Shown here piece after piece: positions 1-8,078 of a stretch of 64,000 bases of DNA. Positions within the stretch are counted from its first letter, which is position 1, and each line of letters starts with the position of its first letter. The stretch lies in contig CAZZCL010000004.1 in assembly GCA_964652295.1 (NCBI GenBank), positions 75 to 64,074 of the forward strand, read 5' to 3'. The notes beneath the pieces were generated by a model. That model did not search any database and was not told the DNA's origin. It saw only the letters and a list, made by a program, of their open reading frames with translations. The stretch comes from an uncultured Chthoniobacterales bacterium (GTDB lineage Bacteria; Verrucomicrobiota; Verrucomicrobiia; Chthoniobacterales; CALDSX01). A program made the translations under genes and the position numbers.

Positions 1-19
1 CCTGCGTTTCGCAGCCAGC

Positions 20-850
20 ATGTGCCGCCGGGCTTCGATCTGCTATGGGTATCGGGTCAACTTGTTCACGGTGACGTATCTCTATTTCCATCTGGTTTTT
101 ATTCTGCCGGTGATCGCGATGCTGATCTGGCTTGTGCGCCGACGCGGGCTTGCGTTGCGCTGTCCGGCGGCGGGAATTGCGCTTCTTGCGGCGATCGCCG
201 GTGTGTACACCACGCCGTGGGACAGTTACCTGATCGAAATCGGCATCTGGACCCATGAAGCCGGGCGGACGTTGGGGCTCGATATTGCCGGGATTCCCGT
301 GGAAGAATTCGCGTTCTTCTTTTTGCAACCGGCAATGACGGGTTTGTTTATGCTGCATTTCGCGGCGGCGATGCCGGGTCAAACGGCGTTGCTTTTGGGA
401 ACGCCGTGGGCGGGAGTGTGGCCGAGACTTGCGGGAGCGTTGGCGGGGCTGGCGATCAGCGGCGTGGGGGCAGTTATGACGTGGCGATGGAGGGAAGGCT
501 GGACGTATCTGGGACTTATCCTCGTCTGGGCCGGGCCTGTGATCGCATTCCAATGGGCGGTGGGCGGCAACGCGTTATGGCGCGCAAGACGGTTGCTGTT
601 TACGTGCGTGGCCGGTCCCTCGATCTATTTGTGGGTTGTGGACATGATCGCGATCGAGTGGGGGATATGGAGTATCGCGGCTGAAACGTCTACAGGCGCC
701 ACGATCCTGTCTTTGCCGGTGGAAGAAGCGGTGTTTTTCCTGATTGCGAACGTGATGATTGTGCAGGGGTTGGCTTTATATTTCTGGGTGCTGGAGCGGA
801 TGTCCGTTGGGCGTGGTCGCGGAGCGATTTGTGGGGGGGGTACGGTGTGA
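20..850 (+). CDS. crtY: Lycopene cyclase, fused heterodimeric (CrtYc/CrtYd) type
   Basis: 276-aa polytopic membrane ORF with two internal half-repeats. Each carries the lycopene-cyclase-domain motif: GIPVEEFAFFF (PVEE at aa 93-96) and SLPVEEAVFF (PVEE at aa 233-236), plus IEIGIW / IEWGIW. Stop TGA 848-850 overlaps the blh ATG by 1 nt. The N-terminal start is uncertain because the window edge is 19 nt upstream. Confidence 0.75.
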   Translation: MCRRASICYGYRVNLFTVTYLYFHLVFILPVIAMLIWLVRRRGLALRCPAAGIALLAAIAGVYTTPWDSYLIEIGIWTHEAGRTLGLDIAGIPVEEFAFFFLQPAMTGLFMLHFAAAMPGQTALLLGTPWAGVWPRLAGALAGLAISGVGAVMTWRWREGWTYLGLILVWAGPVIAFQWAVGGNALWRARRLLFTCVAGPSIYLWVVDMIAIEWGIWSIAAETSTGATILSLPVEEAVFFLIANVMIVQGLALYFWVLERMSVGRGRGAICGGGTV

Positions 851-1776
851 TGGGCACTGGGTTGGAAGCGGGCGTTGGGTGGTGGACGGTGGTGCCGTTT
901 GCCGTGAGCCTTCTGGTTTTTGGGCTGCCGCATGGCGCAGTCGATCACATTGCGGCGGTGCGATTGTTGGGCTGGGGGCGTCCCGGGTTGGGCGGTTGGG
1001 TTGTGGTGATTCTAGGATACCTTGCGGTTGCCGGGGCGGGCGTTGCGTTGTGGTACGCCGACGCGCGGGTGGCGTTTGCGGCGTTTATCGCGCTGACATG
1101 GTACCACTGGGGCCAGGGCGAATTGGAAGCGGCGCGACGGTGGCGACCCGGCTGGTTGGGAGGGCGATGGCATCGTGCGGCGTATCTGGCGTGGCGGGGG
1201 AGCCAGCCCATGGTGTTGCCGCTGGTTTTTAGTGCGGAAATTTATGGCGTTGTGGCTGAGGCTTGCACGGAATTGTTTGGGGTGGCAGACCCGGAATTCC
1301 TTGCGTGGATTCGCGGAACCGGTGTGTTGGCCGGGCTATTGAGTGCGGGGTTATGGGTGTGCGAGAAGATTTTGGCGCCATCAGCCACTCGTTGGGCTAT
1401 CGATAAGCTGGCGTTGGATGGTGTGTTGGCGGCTTTGTTCCTTTTTGTGCATCCGGTCTTTGCGGTTGGGTTGTACTTTCTATGTTGGCATTCGCCGCAT
1501 CATATGAATCGTTTGAGACACTTTTTTGGGGGTACATGCGGGGGCCGAGACGGCTGCGGGGTTTGGACATGGCGCAGGCTGATTTTAGCAGCTGCGCCAT
1601 TGACTATTGCCACGTGCGCCGGACTGGTGCTGATAGGTTGGGGAGCAATGGGGCGTGGAATCAGCGCTGTCGGATTGTTGGGAGTGTATCTGGTGGGGCT
1701 GGCATGTTTGACATGGCCGCACGCAATTTTGGTGAGTGCGGAAGATGCAAAAGAAAAAATCTGGGAAACCCCCTAA
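850..1776 (+). CDS. blh: Beta-carotene 15,15'-dioxygenase, Brp/Blh family (retinal synthesis)
   Basis: Membrane ORF with conserved His-containing motifs GLPHGAVDH, WYHWGQGE and CWHSPHH, typical of Brp/Blh. It lies between a lycopene cyclase and a rhodopsin. ATG at 850; the track's alternative TTG at 829 is less likely. Confidence 0.8.
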   Translation: MGTGLEAGVGWWTVVPFAVSLLVFGLPHGAVDHIAAVRLLGWGRPGLGGWVVVILGYLAVAGAGVALWYADARVAFAAFIALTWYHWGQGELEAARRWRPGWLGGRWHRAAYLAWRGSQPMVLPLVFSAEIYGVVAEACTELFGVADPEFLAWIRGTGVLAGLLSAGLWVCEKILAPSATRWAIDKLALDGVLAALFLFVHPVFAVGLYFLCWHSPHHMNRLRHFFGGTCGGRDGCGVWTWRRLILAAAPLTIATCAGLVLIGWGAMGRGISAVGLLGVYLVGLACLTWPHAILVSAEDAKEKIWETP

Positions 1777-1817
1777 AAAAAGCATCTAAAGCCAGCGACA
1801 CGACGTAAATCCCTTGA

Positions 1818-1837
1818 CGTTCAATTATGATTGAACG
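1818..1837. promoter_or_regulatory. Perfect 8-4-8 palindrome CGTTCAAT-tatg-ATTGAACG in the AT-rich spacer upstream of the rhodopsin gene (candidate operator)
   Basis: Read directly. Arms 1818-1825 and 1830-1837 are exact reverse complements. No T-tract follows, so it does not look like an intrinsic terminator. It lies 40 nt upstream of the rhodopsin ATG, immediately after a TTGACG hexamer (1814-1819). Confidence 0.3.
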
Positions 1838-1876
1838 CCAGTGTTCCTTAACTATTCACCTGTCTAAGTAATCAAT

Positions 1877-2677
1877 ATGCCAAACTTATCAGTCGAGCAG
1901 TATATCATCGTGTATAACATGCTCTCGCTCACTATCGCGAGTATGTTCGCGTCCTTCGTCTTTTTCGTTCTGGTCCGGAACGAAATCCTGCCGAAGTATC
2001 GCGGCGCAATCGTGGCTTCCGCGCTTGTTGTGTTCATTGCCGGGTATCACTATTTCCGGATCTTCGGAAGCTGGCAGGATGCCTACATGCTTTCCGGAAA
2101 CGAATACGTTGCGACCGGCAAGCCGTTCAACGACGCGTACCGTTATGTCGATTGGCTGCTCACAGTGCCATTGCTCATGGTTGAACTCGTGCTTGTGCTC
2201 GGGTTGACCAAGGCGAAAACCCAGTCGTTGCTTTTCAAGCTTGTCATTGCCGCTTTCCTGATGATTGCGCTCGGTTATCCCGGCGAAGTCGATCGCGAAA
2301 GCAGCCAACTCGTTTCAAACCGCGGTTTGTGGGGGTTGCTGAGCACGATCCCGTTCCTGTATATCCTCGTGGTATTGGTCGGCGAGCTTCGCAAGGCAAT
2401 GAAAGACGCTCCGAACAAGCAGGTTGGCGTGTTGCTGCGCAACATCGGCTTGTTGACCCTGTTCACATGGGGCTTCTATCCCATAGCGTTCATGGCACCG
2501 TTCTACGGTTTGTCGGGCGCGAATGCTGAGGTCGGCCTTCAGGTCGGGTACAGCATCGCTGACATCACAGCCAAGTGCGGTTATGGCCTTCTGATTTATC
2601 ACATCGCCCGCCTGCGCTCCGAGGCGGAGGACGGTGTGCCGAATCGGGAAGCAGCCGTTGCTCCGGCGGCCGCCTGA
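1877..2677 (+). CDS. Microbial rhodopsin, xanthorhodopsin/Gloeobacter-rhodopsin-like light-driven proton pump (DTE motif)
   Basis: 266-aa 7-TM ORF. Helix C RYVDWLLTVPLLMVE gives D92/T96/E103. L100 sits at the spectral-tuning position. H58 lies in AGYHYFRIF. The Schiff-base Lys K233 lies in YSIADITAKCGYG (codon aag 2573-2575). It is near-colinear by eye with my recollection of Gloeobacter rhodopsin. Confidence 0.9.
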   Translation: MPNLSVEQYIIVYNMLSLTIASMFASFVFFVLVRNEILPKYRGAIVASALVVFIAGYHYFRIFGSWQDAYMLSGNEYVATGKPFNDAYRYVDWLLTVPLLMVELVLVLGLTKAKTQSLLFKLVIAAFLMIALGYPGEVDRESSQLVSNRGLWGLLSTIPFLYILVVLVGELRKAMKDAPNKQVGVLLRNIGLLTLFTWGFYPIAFMAPFYGLSGANAEVGLQVGYSIADITAKCGYGLLIYHIARLRSEAEDGVPNREAAVAPAAA

Positions 2678-2747
2678 TCGCGGAATCGCAATGATATAAG
2701 TCGGCGCGCGACCAGTTTGCGGCCGAGGTATTGAAATCGAAATCTTG

Positions 2748-2786
2748 CGCGCGGGATGCCCATTGCGGGTGTCCCGCGCGTTTTTT
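2748..2786 (+). terminator. Rho-independent terminator after rhodopsin, or attenuator in front of carA
   Basis: A 9-bp GC stem (2748-2756 pairs with 2772-2780), a 15-nt loop, then T6 (2781-2786). The carA GGAGG (2793-2797) and ATG (2807) follow within 21 nt. Confidence 0.7.
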
Positions 2787-2806
2787 CTTGCCGGAGGCAT
2801 GGCGGC

Positions 2807-3994
2807 ATGTTTGTTGCCGCTTCGATGGAAGCCATTCTTGCGCTTGAAGACGGCAGAATTTTCGAGGGACGCTCGTTCGCAGCCGGCGGCACGACGACCG
2901 GCGAAGTTTGTTTTAACACGAGCATGACTGGTTATCAGGAGGTTCTCACAGATCCTTCGTATGCCGGCCAAATCGTGGCGATGACCTACCCGTTGATCGG
3001 CAATTACGGCACCACGCCGCAGGATAACGAAAGTTGCAGACCGTTTGTGCGGGGGTTTGTCATCGAAGAATTGTGCGAGGAACCCAGCAACTGGCGTTCG
3101 CAGGAGCCGCTTCAGGATTTTCTGGCGCGGTGGGGGGTGTTGGGCATCTGCGGGATCGATACCCGCGCACTCACGCGGCATTTGCGGGAGAAAGGCGCGA
3201 TGAAAGCGTGCCTGACCACCGAGCTGGAATCGCGGAAAGCCGTGGCGACAGCGCGAGACGGCGAGGGGGTTGTCAACATGGATTTCGTCAGGGACGTCAC
3301 GACCAGGACGATCTACCAGTGGGATCCGGATGGCATTATGAGTCCGCAATGGACTGTGGCGCGGGGGACGGTCGAGGGTGGCACTGCGGAATATCGCAAG
3401 CCATTGCCGCCTGTGCGGCACCGCATTGTGGCCATCGACTATGGGATTAAGCGCAATATTCTGCGGCGCCTGCGTCAGGAAGGGTTCGGGGTCACGGTGA
3501 TGCCTGCGTCCAGCACTACCGAAGACGTGCTGGCCTGCAAACCGGAAGGCATCTTTCTTTCGAACGGACCGGGCGACCCGGCCGCGCTCGATTACGCGCA
3601 CAAGACGCTGCGGGAGCTGGTGGGGAGGAAACCGATCTTCGGGATCTGCTTGGGTCATCAGCTGTTGGGCTGTGCTCTCGGGGGAAAGACCTATAAGTTG
3701 AAGTTTGGACACCGCGGAGGGAATCAGCCGGTGCAGGATCTTCGCACCGGGCGCGTGAGTATTACCTCGCAGAATCACGGCTTTGCGGTGGATGCAGAAT
3801 CGTTGCGGGCCAACGTGGAAGTCACGCACATCAATCTTAACGACAAAACTGTGGAAGGGTTGCGTTTGCGGGACGACCCGGTGTTCAGCGTGCAATACCA
3901 CCCGGAAGCTGCGCCGGGACCGAGCGATGCCTCCTACTTTTTTGCGGAGTTCGCCCGGCTGATTGCCGGAATGGAACCTGGGGGCGGCGCCTGA
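2807..3994 (+). CDS. carA: Carbamoyl-phosphate synthase small (glutaminase) subunit
   Basis: Motifs [30 protein letters not shown] and the catalytic GICLGHQ. I chose the start at ATG 2807 (GGAGG 9 nt upstream) because the track start 2756 lies inside the terminator hairpin. Confidence 0.9.
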   Translation: MFVAASMEAILALEDGRIFEGRSFAAGGTTTGEVCFNTSMTGYQEVLTDPSYAGQIVAMTYPLIGNYGTTPQDNESCRPFVRGFVIEELCEEPSNWRSQEPLQDFLARWGVLGICGIDTRALTRHLREKGAMKACLTTELESRKAVATARDGEGVVNMDFVRDVTTRTIYQWDPDGIMSPQWTVARGTVEGGTAEYRKPLPPVRHRIVAIDYGIKRNILRRLRQEGFGVTVMPASSTTEDVLACKPEGIFLSNGPGDPAALDYAHKTLRELVGRKPIFGICLGHQLLGCALGGKTYKLKFGHRGGNQPVQDLRTGRVSITSQNHGFAVDAESLRANVEVTHINLNDKTVEGLRLRDDPVFSVQYHPEAAPGPSDASYFFAEFARLIAGMEPGGGA

Positions 3995-4101
3995 TGCCGG
4001 GGAGCGCTCCGCGTCTACCGGAACCGACACACAAATCCGCGCTTGATTGAAGGCCGGGCCGGCGTTCTTGTGGGGGCGATTATAGCGCGTTTTTTCTCCT
4101 C

Positions 4102-4617
4102 ATGGCCAAGCTCACCATTACAACACCCGAGGGTCCCGAAGTCAGCCACGATCTCGTCGATGATGTGGTGACCATCGGTCGCCTGGAGGATAACATGATC
4201 CAGATCGATCATCCTTCTGTGTCCAGCCATCATGCTCAGCTGGCGGTGACCGGTGGCGATTATCATTTGAAGGATCTGAACTCGACGAATGGAACGCGCG
4301 TCAACGGGCAGCCGGTGACCGATTACCAGTTGCATGGTGGCGACCGCATTCGCTTTGGGCGTGTGGAAGCTTTGTATCTGACCGGGCGTGCGGACGAAGA
4401 TTTGAAGCCGCTACCGGCTGCACCGAGACCCGAAGCCACAATTGGCAGCGGCACGCAGCGCCCGTCAGATTTTCGGTCGGCATCGCCATTTGCCCGGCGC
4501 GTGCGCAGGAAGGATCCCATGACGGCGGGAGTCGTTGCGGTCACGGTGGTTGCGGTTCTTCTGTTTGCCGCCGCGTTGGGGTCTGTGCTCCTGCTCGCGG
4601 CTCCGCCGGCGATTTAG
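4102..4617 (+). CDS. FHA-domain protein with C-terminal transmembrane anchor
   Basis: N-terminal FHA pattern (VTIGR...DHPSVSSHHAQL...HLKDLNSTNGTRVNG), a Pro/Ala-rich linker, and the C-terminal hydrophobic segment VVAVTVVAVLLFAAALGSVLLLAA. Confidence 0.75.
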   Translation: MAKLTITTPEGPEVSHDLVDDVVTIGRLEDNMIQIDHPSVSSHHAQLAVTGGDYHLKDLNSTNGTRVNGQPVTDYQLHGGDRIRFGRVEALYLTGRADEDLKPLPAAPRPEATIGSGTQRPSDFRSASPFARRVRRKDPMTAGVVAVTVVAVLLFAAALGSVLLLAAPPAI

Positions 4618-4641
4618 TTCGAACCCTTTTTTGGAGCGGCC

Positions 4642-5019
4642 ATGCGGACAACGACCAGCGCCAGGCTTTGGGCGACGCTCACCCATTTCTCTGCGCTCTG
4701 TTTGTATATTGGCATCCCGTTGGGGAACGTGCTCGGGCCGCTGGCGGTGTGGTTTGCAAACCGTAACCGATGGCCGGAGAACGATGAAACCGCGAGGGAA
4801 GCTGTGAATTTCCAGCTCACAGCGACACTTGCCTTTGCAGGGGCATGGATTGTGGGTGCCATTCTGAGTTGGCCAACCGGCGGCTTATTGTGGCCGGTGG
4901 GTGCCGTGTTGGCCGGGCTTGTGCTTGTGGCGCATGCCACGTTCACCATCCGCGGTATTGTGGCGGTGGATCGTGGTGGGTGGCATTCCTATCCGTACAC
5001 ATTGCGCATCTGGCGTTGA
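4642..5019 (+). CDS. DUF4870-family small membrane protein
   Basis: The pattern ARLWATLTHFSALCLYIGIPLGNVLGPLAVW...EAVNFQLT resembles DUF4870. About 3 TM segments. Confidence 0.6.
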   Translation: MRTTTSARLWATLTHFSALCLYIGIPLGNVLGPLAVWFANRNRWPENDETAREAVNFQLTATLAFAGAWIVGAILSWPTGGLLWPVGAVLAGLVLVAHATFTIRGIVAVDRGGWHSYPYTLRIWR

Positions 5020-5040
5020 TTGCGCGCGGGCGGAGCGCCC

Positions 5041-5838
5041 TCACGCCGGGTTGGAAGGCGTTTGCGCGGGGGGAAGATCGATGAAAACAGGAGCATGCCT
5101 GCGAAGCACGGCCACGCGGGAGACGCCGGCCTGGTGCAGTGTCATCCGCAGATGTTCATAGTTTCGCGCCAGTTGATCGAACGCGCGCGCATCGGAACCG
5201 AGTGTGATGGTCACGCCCATGCGGACGGCCTCGCGGAGGATGTCCGGCCCCGGAAACGGCATGCGCACGGGATGATCCCAGCCGGAAGAACAGATCATCA
5301 GAGCGAGGCCGGAATCCTTCATGACGCCCAGCAACTCGCGGATTTCCGCGGTAAAATCCTCGCTGGGCTGCGCGCCATGAATGCGAATAAGATCGAATTG
5401 GGCGATGCAATCCACCAGACCCGTGGCGATCAAAAGGCGCAGCTCATGATAGTAGGCGGCGAACAAACGGTCCGGATCGCGACGGCAAAATTCTTCGCGC
5501 GATTCTGCGCGCGCAAACGGCCAGTTGCCGAGGTGGTTGACCACGCCCAGCACAAGATCGAGCCGGTCCCGCATGGCGGCGACTGCGCCCCGCGTTGGCG
5601 CGTTGCCGGGTGCGTTGTCCAGTTCCAACCCGCATCCGACCGTCAACCGGTCGTCGCTCAAATCGCGTGCCATTTCCGGGTCGACAGCATCGGCGAATGC
5701 CGCGAAATCCGTGAACACGATTTCCGACAATCCGAGATGCCGCGCGCTCTGGATCCATTCGGCGAGCAGCGTCTCGCGGTAGACCTGGCGGCGCAGACCC
5801 TGCGGATGCGTATGACAATCGGCAGGAGGGAGTCTCAA
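5041..5838 (-). CDS. PHP-family phosphoesterase (histidinol-phosphatase HisJ-like)
   Basis: N-terminal DCHTHP metal-binding motif and overall PHP-like pattern. TTG start overlaps the upstream gene's stop (TTGA). The specific substrate is not determinable. Confidence 0.55.
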   Translation of the reverse strand: MRLPPADCHTHPQGLRRQVYRETLLAEWIQSARHLGLSEIVFTDFAAFADAVDPEMARDLSDDRLTVGCGLELDNAPGNAPTRGAVAAMRDRLDLVLGVVNHLGNWPFARAESREEFCRRDPDRLFAAYYHELRLLIATGLVDCIAQFDLIRIHGAQPSEDFTAEIRELLGVMKDSGLALMICSSGWDHPVRMPFPGPDILREAVRMGVTITLGSDARAFDQLARNYEHLRMTLHQAGVSRVAVLRRHAPVFIDLPPAQTPSNPA

Positions 5839-6317
5839 CGCGGGGAGGGTTGCGGAATAACGATTCGGTCGGTGCGAACACGATCATGGCCGGGCAGAAA
5901 GACCTCCACCCGGTATGGCTGGCCGGGAATCATGCCGCGCGTTGGAAATTGCAGGTCGAACACAGCTTTTTCGCCGGGGTTCACGGCAAGATTCGTCGCG
6001 GCCGGGCCGATGTGCCTGTCGTCCGACCAACGGTACAGGCGGGTGTTGTCCAGATCGCGCAATTCGAGGTCGATCCGTTGGGATGAGGCGAACAACACAT
6101 TCACGAAGCGACGGGAAACATTTTCGACGGCAGCACGCACATTGATCCTGCGATCATCGGGAAGCTGCGGCGGGTCGGGTTCAAGAACGATGTCAATGGC
6201 GAGAGGGGGCGTCGCTGAGTCTGAGGGCGCCATCGCGGATTGGCAGCCGGTAAATGCGGTGAGCGCCACGCACACTGCGGTCGCCGCGATTATGATCGTG
6301 CTGCTGCGGGCGTGCAT
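5835..6317 (-). CDS. Lipoprotein of unknown function
   Basis: Signal peptide plus lipobox (MHARSSTIIIAATAVCVALTAFTGC), then a beta-rich soluble domain. I chose the start at ATG 6317 rather than the track start 6368. Confidence 0.6.
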   Translation of the reverse strand: MHARSSTIIIAATAVCVALTAFTGCQSAMAPSDSATPPLAIDIVLEPDPPQLPDDRRINVRAAVENVSRRFVNVLFASSQRIDLELRDLDNTRLYRWSDDRHIGPAATNLAVNPGEKAVFDLQFPTRGMIPGQPYRVEVFLPGHDRVRTDRIVIPQPSPR

Positions 6318-6466
6318 GAGGCACTGACACCGGGATTGAATGGACTGACAGGAAAATGCAACGGGCATGAACAGGGGCGCGACTGCGGTCGAGAGAAATT
6401 AAATGCGTGCAGGGAGAAAACGCAATTTCGATTGCGGGAAACGGGTGCAACCGGCTAGGGGTGGGC

Positions 6467-7045
6467 ATGAGCGAATTGAGCGATCAGGCCATGCGGTCGG
6501 GTGTCGGAGCGACGTTGGCTGTGGTGACACTGGCGGTTGCGGCGTTTTTTGGTCCGTTGATTCAGGATGGCGCAGCGGGATCGCGCAAACCCGAGGTGTT
6601 ATTTCGGGTGCACGATCAAACGGATCGGGATGACAGCGGGAAATTCGCCATTCCACTTGAGAGTCCGAGTCGCCCGGGAGAAGAAATTTTTGTGGGCAAA
6701 ATTCCTGTGGTGACCGAGCGCGACATTACGGGGATCCACGTTTATGACAACGAGCGGGGTGCTCAGGGCGTGGCGTTTCTGCTTAATGCGCATGGAAGAT
6801 TGTCGCTGAGTGTTACGAGCGCGCAGCGTACCGGCAAACTGCTGTTTGTGTTTATGAACGGGCGTACCATCGCGGAACTGTATATCGACAGGCACGTGCA
6901 GGACGGTATTTTGAATGTGCCCCGCGGGTGGCTGCCGGAGGAGATCGCATTGTTGCGCAAACTTTATGAGGGAGAAAAGAAGCGTGGTGATGATGGGCGG
7001 GAACCTTCGGACGATGCGGGGATTGGGCGCCAGACGGAGATTTGA
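6467..7045 (+). CDS. Membrane-anchored periplasmic protein of unknown function; first gene of the bactofilin operon
   Basis: N-terminal TM helix (GATLAVVTLAVAAFFGPL). The soluble domain has a weak resemblance to the SecD P1-head pattern (LLFVFMNGRTIAELYIDRHVQDGILNV...EEIALLRKL). The stop at 7043-7045 is 1 nt before the next ATG. Confidence 0.55.
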   Translation: MSELSDQAMRSGVGATLAVVTLAVAAFFGPLIQDGAAGSRKPEVLFRVHDQTDRDDSGKFAIPLESPSRPGEEIFVGKIPVVTERDITGIHVYDNERGAQGVAFLLNAHGRLSLSVTSAQRTGKLLFVFMNGRTIAELYIDRHVQDGILNVPRGWLPEEIALLRKLYEGEKKRGDDGREPSDDAGIGRQTEI

Positions 7046-7046
7046 C

Positions 7047-8078
7047 ATGCGAATGGGGCGCCGACTGGCAGCGGTGATGCTGGCGGGGGGGTGTGTGGCG
7101 TGGAGTCTTCCCCCTGGCCCGGTTTCCGCAGCCGAGGCGCCCGTGTTGCCGACGCCCAACAGGGCGTTGCTGGATCGGGGTGGCGGACGTGAATTCTACA
7201 TGCATATCGTGCGCAAATTCGAGGGCCGCACGACGCACCCGTGGGAAGGCGGGCAATATGGGTTCGTACGAAACCCGAAGGTCACGGATGCGGGGTTGGT
7301 TTATTCGCGGTTTCACGAGGGCGTGGATATCCGTCCGGTGCGACGCGACGCGGCGGGGGAGCCGTTGGACGAAGTGCGCGCGATTCTTTCTGGTCGGGTT
7401 GTGTATGTGTCCGCGCCGGGGTCGGGGTCGGGTTATGGCAACTATGTCGTGATTGAACACGATTGGGATGGCGCGCCGTATTACTCGCTGTCGGCGCATC
7501 TGGCGCGTGCGGAGGTGAATGTCGGCCAGAGAGTGGCGCGGGGCGAAGTGATCGGCACTATGGGACACACCGGTCCCGGGCTGGATCGCGAGCGGGCGCA
7601 TCTGCATTTCGAAATCAACCTGCTGTTGAATAGCGATTTTGAGGCGTGGCATGCGCAATGGTTTCCCAACGATGTAAACCGGCATGACCTGTACAACGGA
7701 TTGAATCTGGCAGGCCTCGACGTGGCTGCGCTCTATCTGACGTTGCGCAACGAACCGGATGTCGGCCCCGCGGATATTATCCGGCGCAAGACCCCGTTCT
7801 GGCGCGCCCGCCTTCCGCGCAAACCGGAGATTATGGAGCGTTACCCATGGCTGGTGAGCGGATCAGGCGGCCGGTCGTGGGAGGTGACTTTTGACGCCTC
7901 TGGTCTTCCTCTGAACGTTAAGCCTTCGGAAGAACCGTGCGACGCGCCCACAGTCGTCTGGGCCAAACCCACCCGTGTGGCATACAGTTATCTGACACGC
8001 GGACGTCTGCGTGGCAGCGGTGGCAAGGCGGAGCTGACTTCTTCCGGCGTTCATTATCTTGATCTCATCGCGCGCTGA
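7047..8078 (+). CDS. M23-family metalloendopeptidase (LytM-like), catalytic motifs intact
   Basis: Signal peptide (RRLAAVMLAGGCVAWSLPPGPVSAAEA). HxxxD motif in FHEGVDI. GYGNYVVIEH. HxH motif in AHLHFEI. Confidence 0.85.
   Translation: MRMGRRLAAVMLAGGCVAWSLPPGPVSAAEAPVLPTPNRALLDRGGGREFYMHIVRKFEGRTTHPWEGGQYGFVRNPKVTDAGLVYSRFHEGVDIRPVRRDAAGEPLDEVRAILSGRVVYVSAPGSGSGYGNYVVIEHDWDGAPYYSLSAHLARAEVNVGQRVARGEVIGTMGHTGPGLDRERAHLHFEINLLLNSDFEAWHAQWFPNDVNRHDLYNGLNLAGLDVAALYLTLRNEPDVGPADIIRRKTPFWRARLPRKPEIMERYPWLVSGSGGRSWEVTFDASGLPLNVKPSEEPCDAPTVVWAKPTRVAYSYLTRGRLRGSGGKAELTSSGVHYLDLIAR

Noticed and set aside
2315-4030. 571-aa ORF on the minus strand spanning the opsin 3' end and all of carA
   Set aside because: It is antisense to two genes with unmistakable motifs (rhodopsin, carA). 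Its composition is Arg/Pro/Ala-rich and low-complexity, typical of shadow ORFs in high-GC DNA, and it has no recognisable motif.
5020-6327. 435-aa plus-strand ORF
   Set aside because: It is antisense to the PHP phosphoesterase and lipoprotein genes. It is Arg-rich and motif-less, a shadow ORF.
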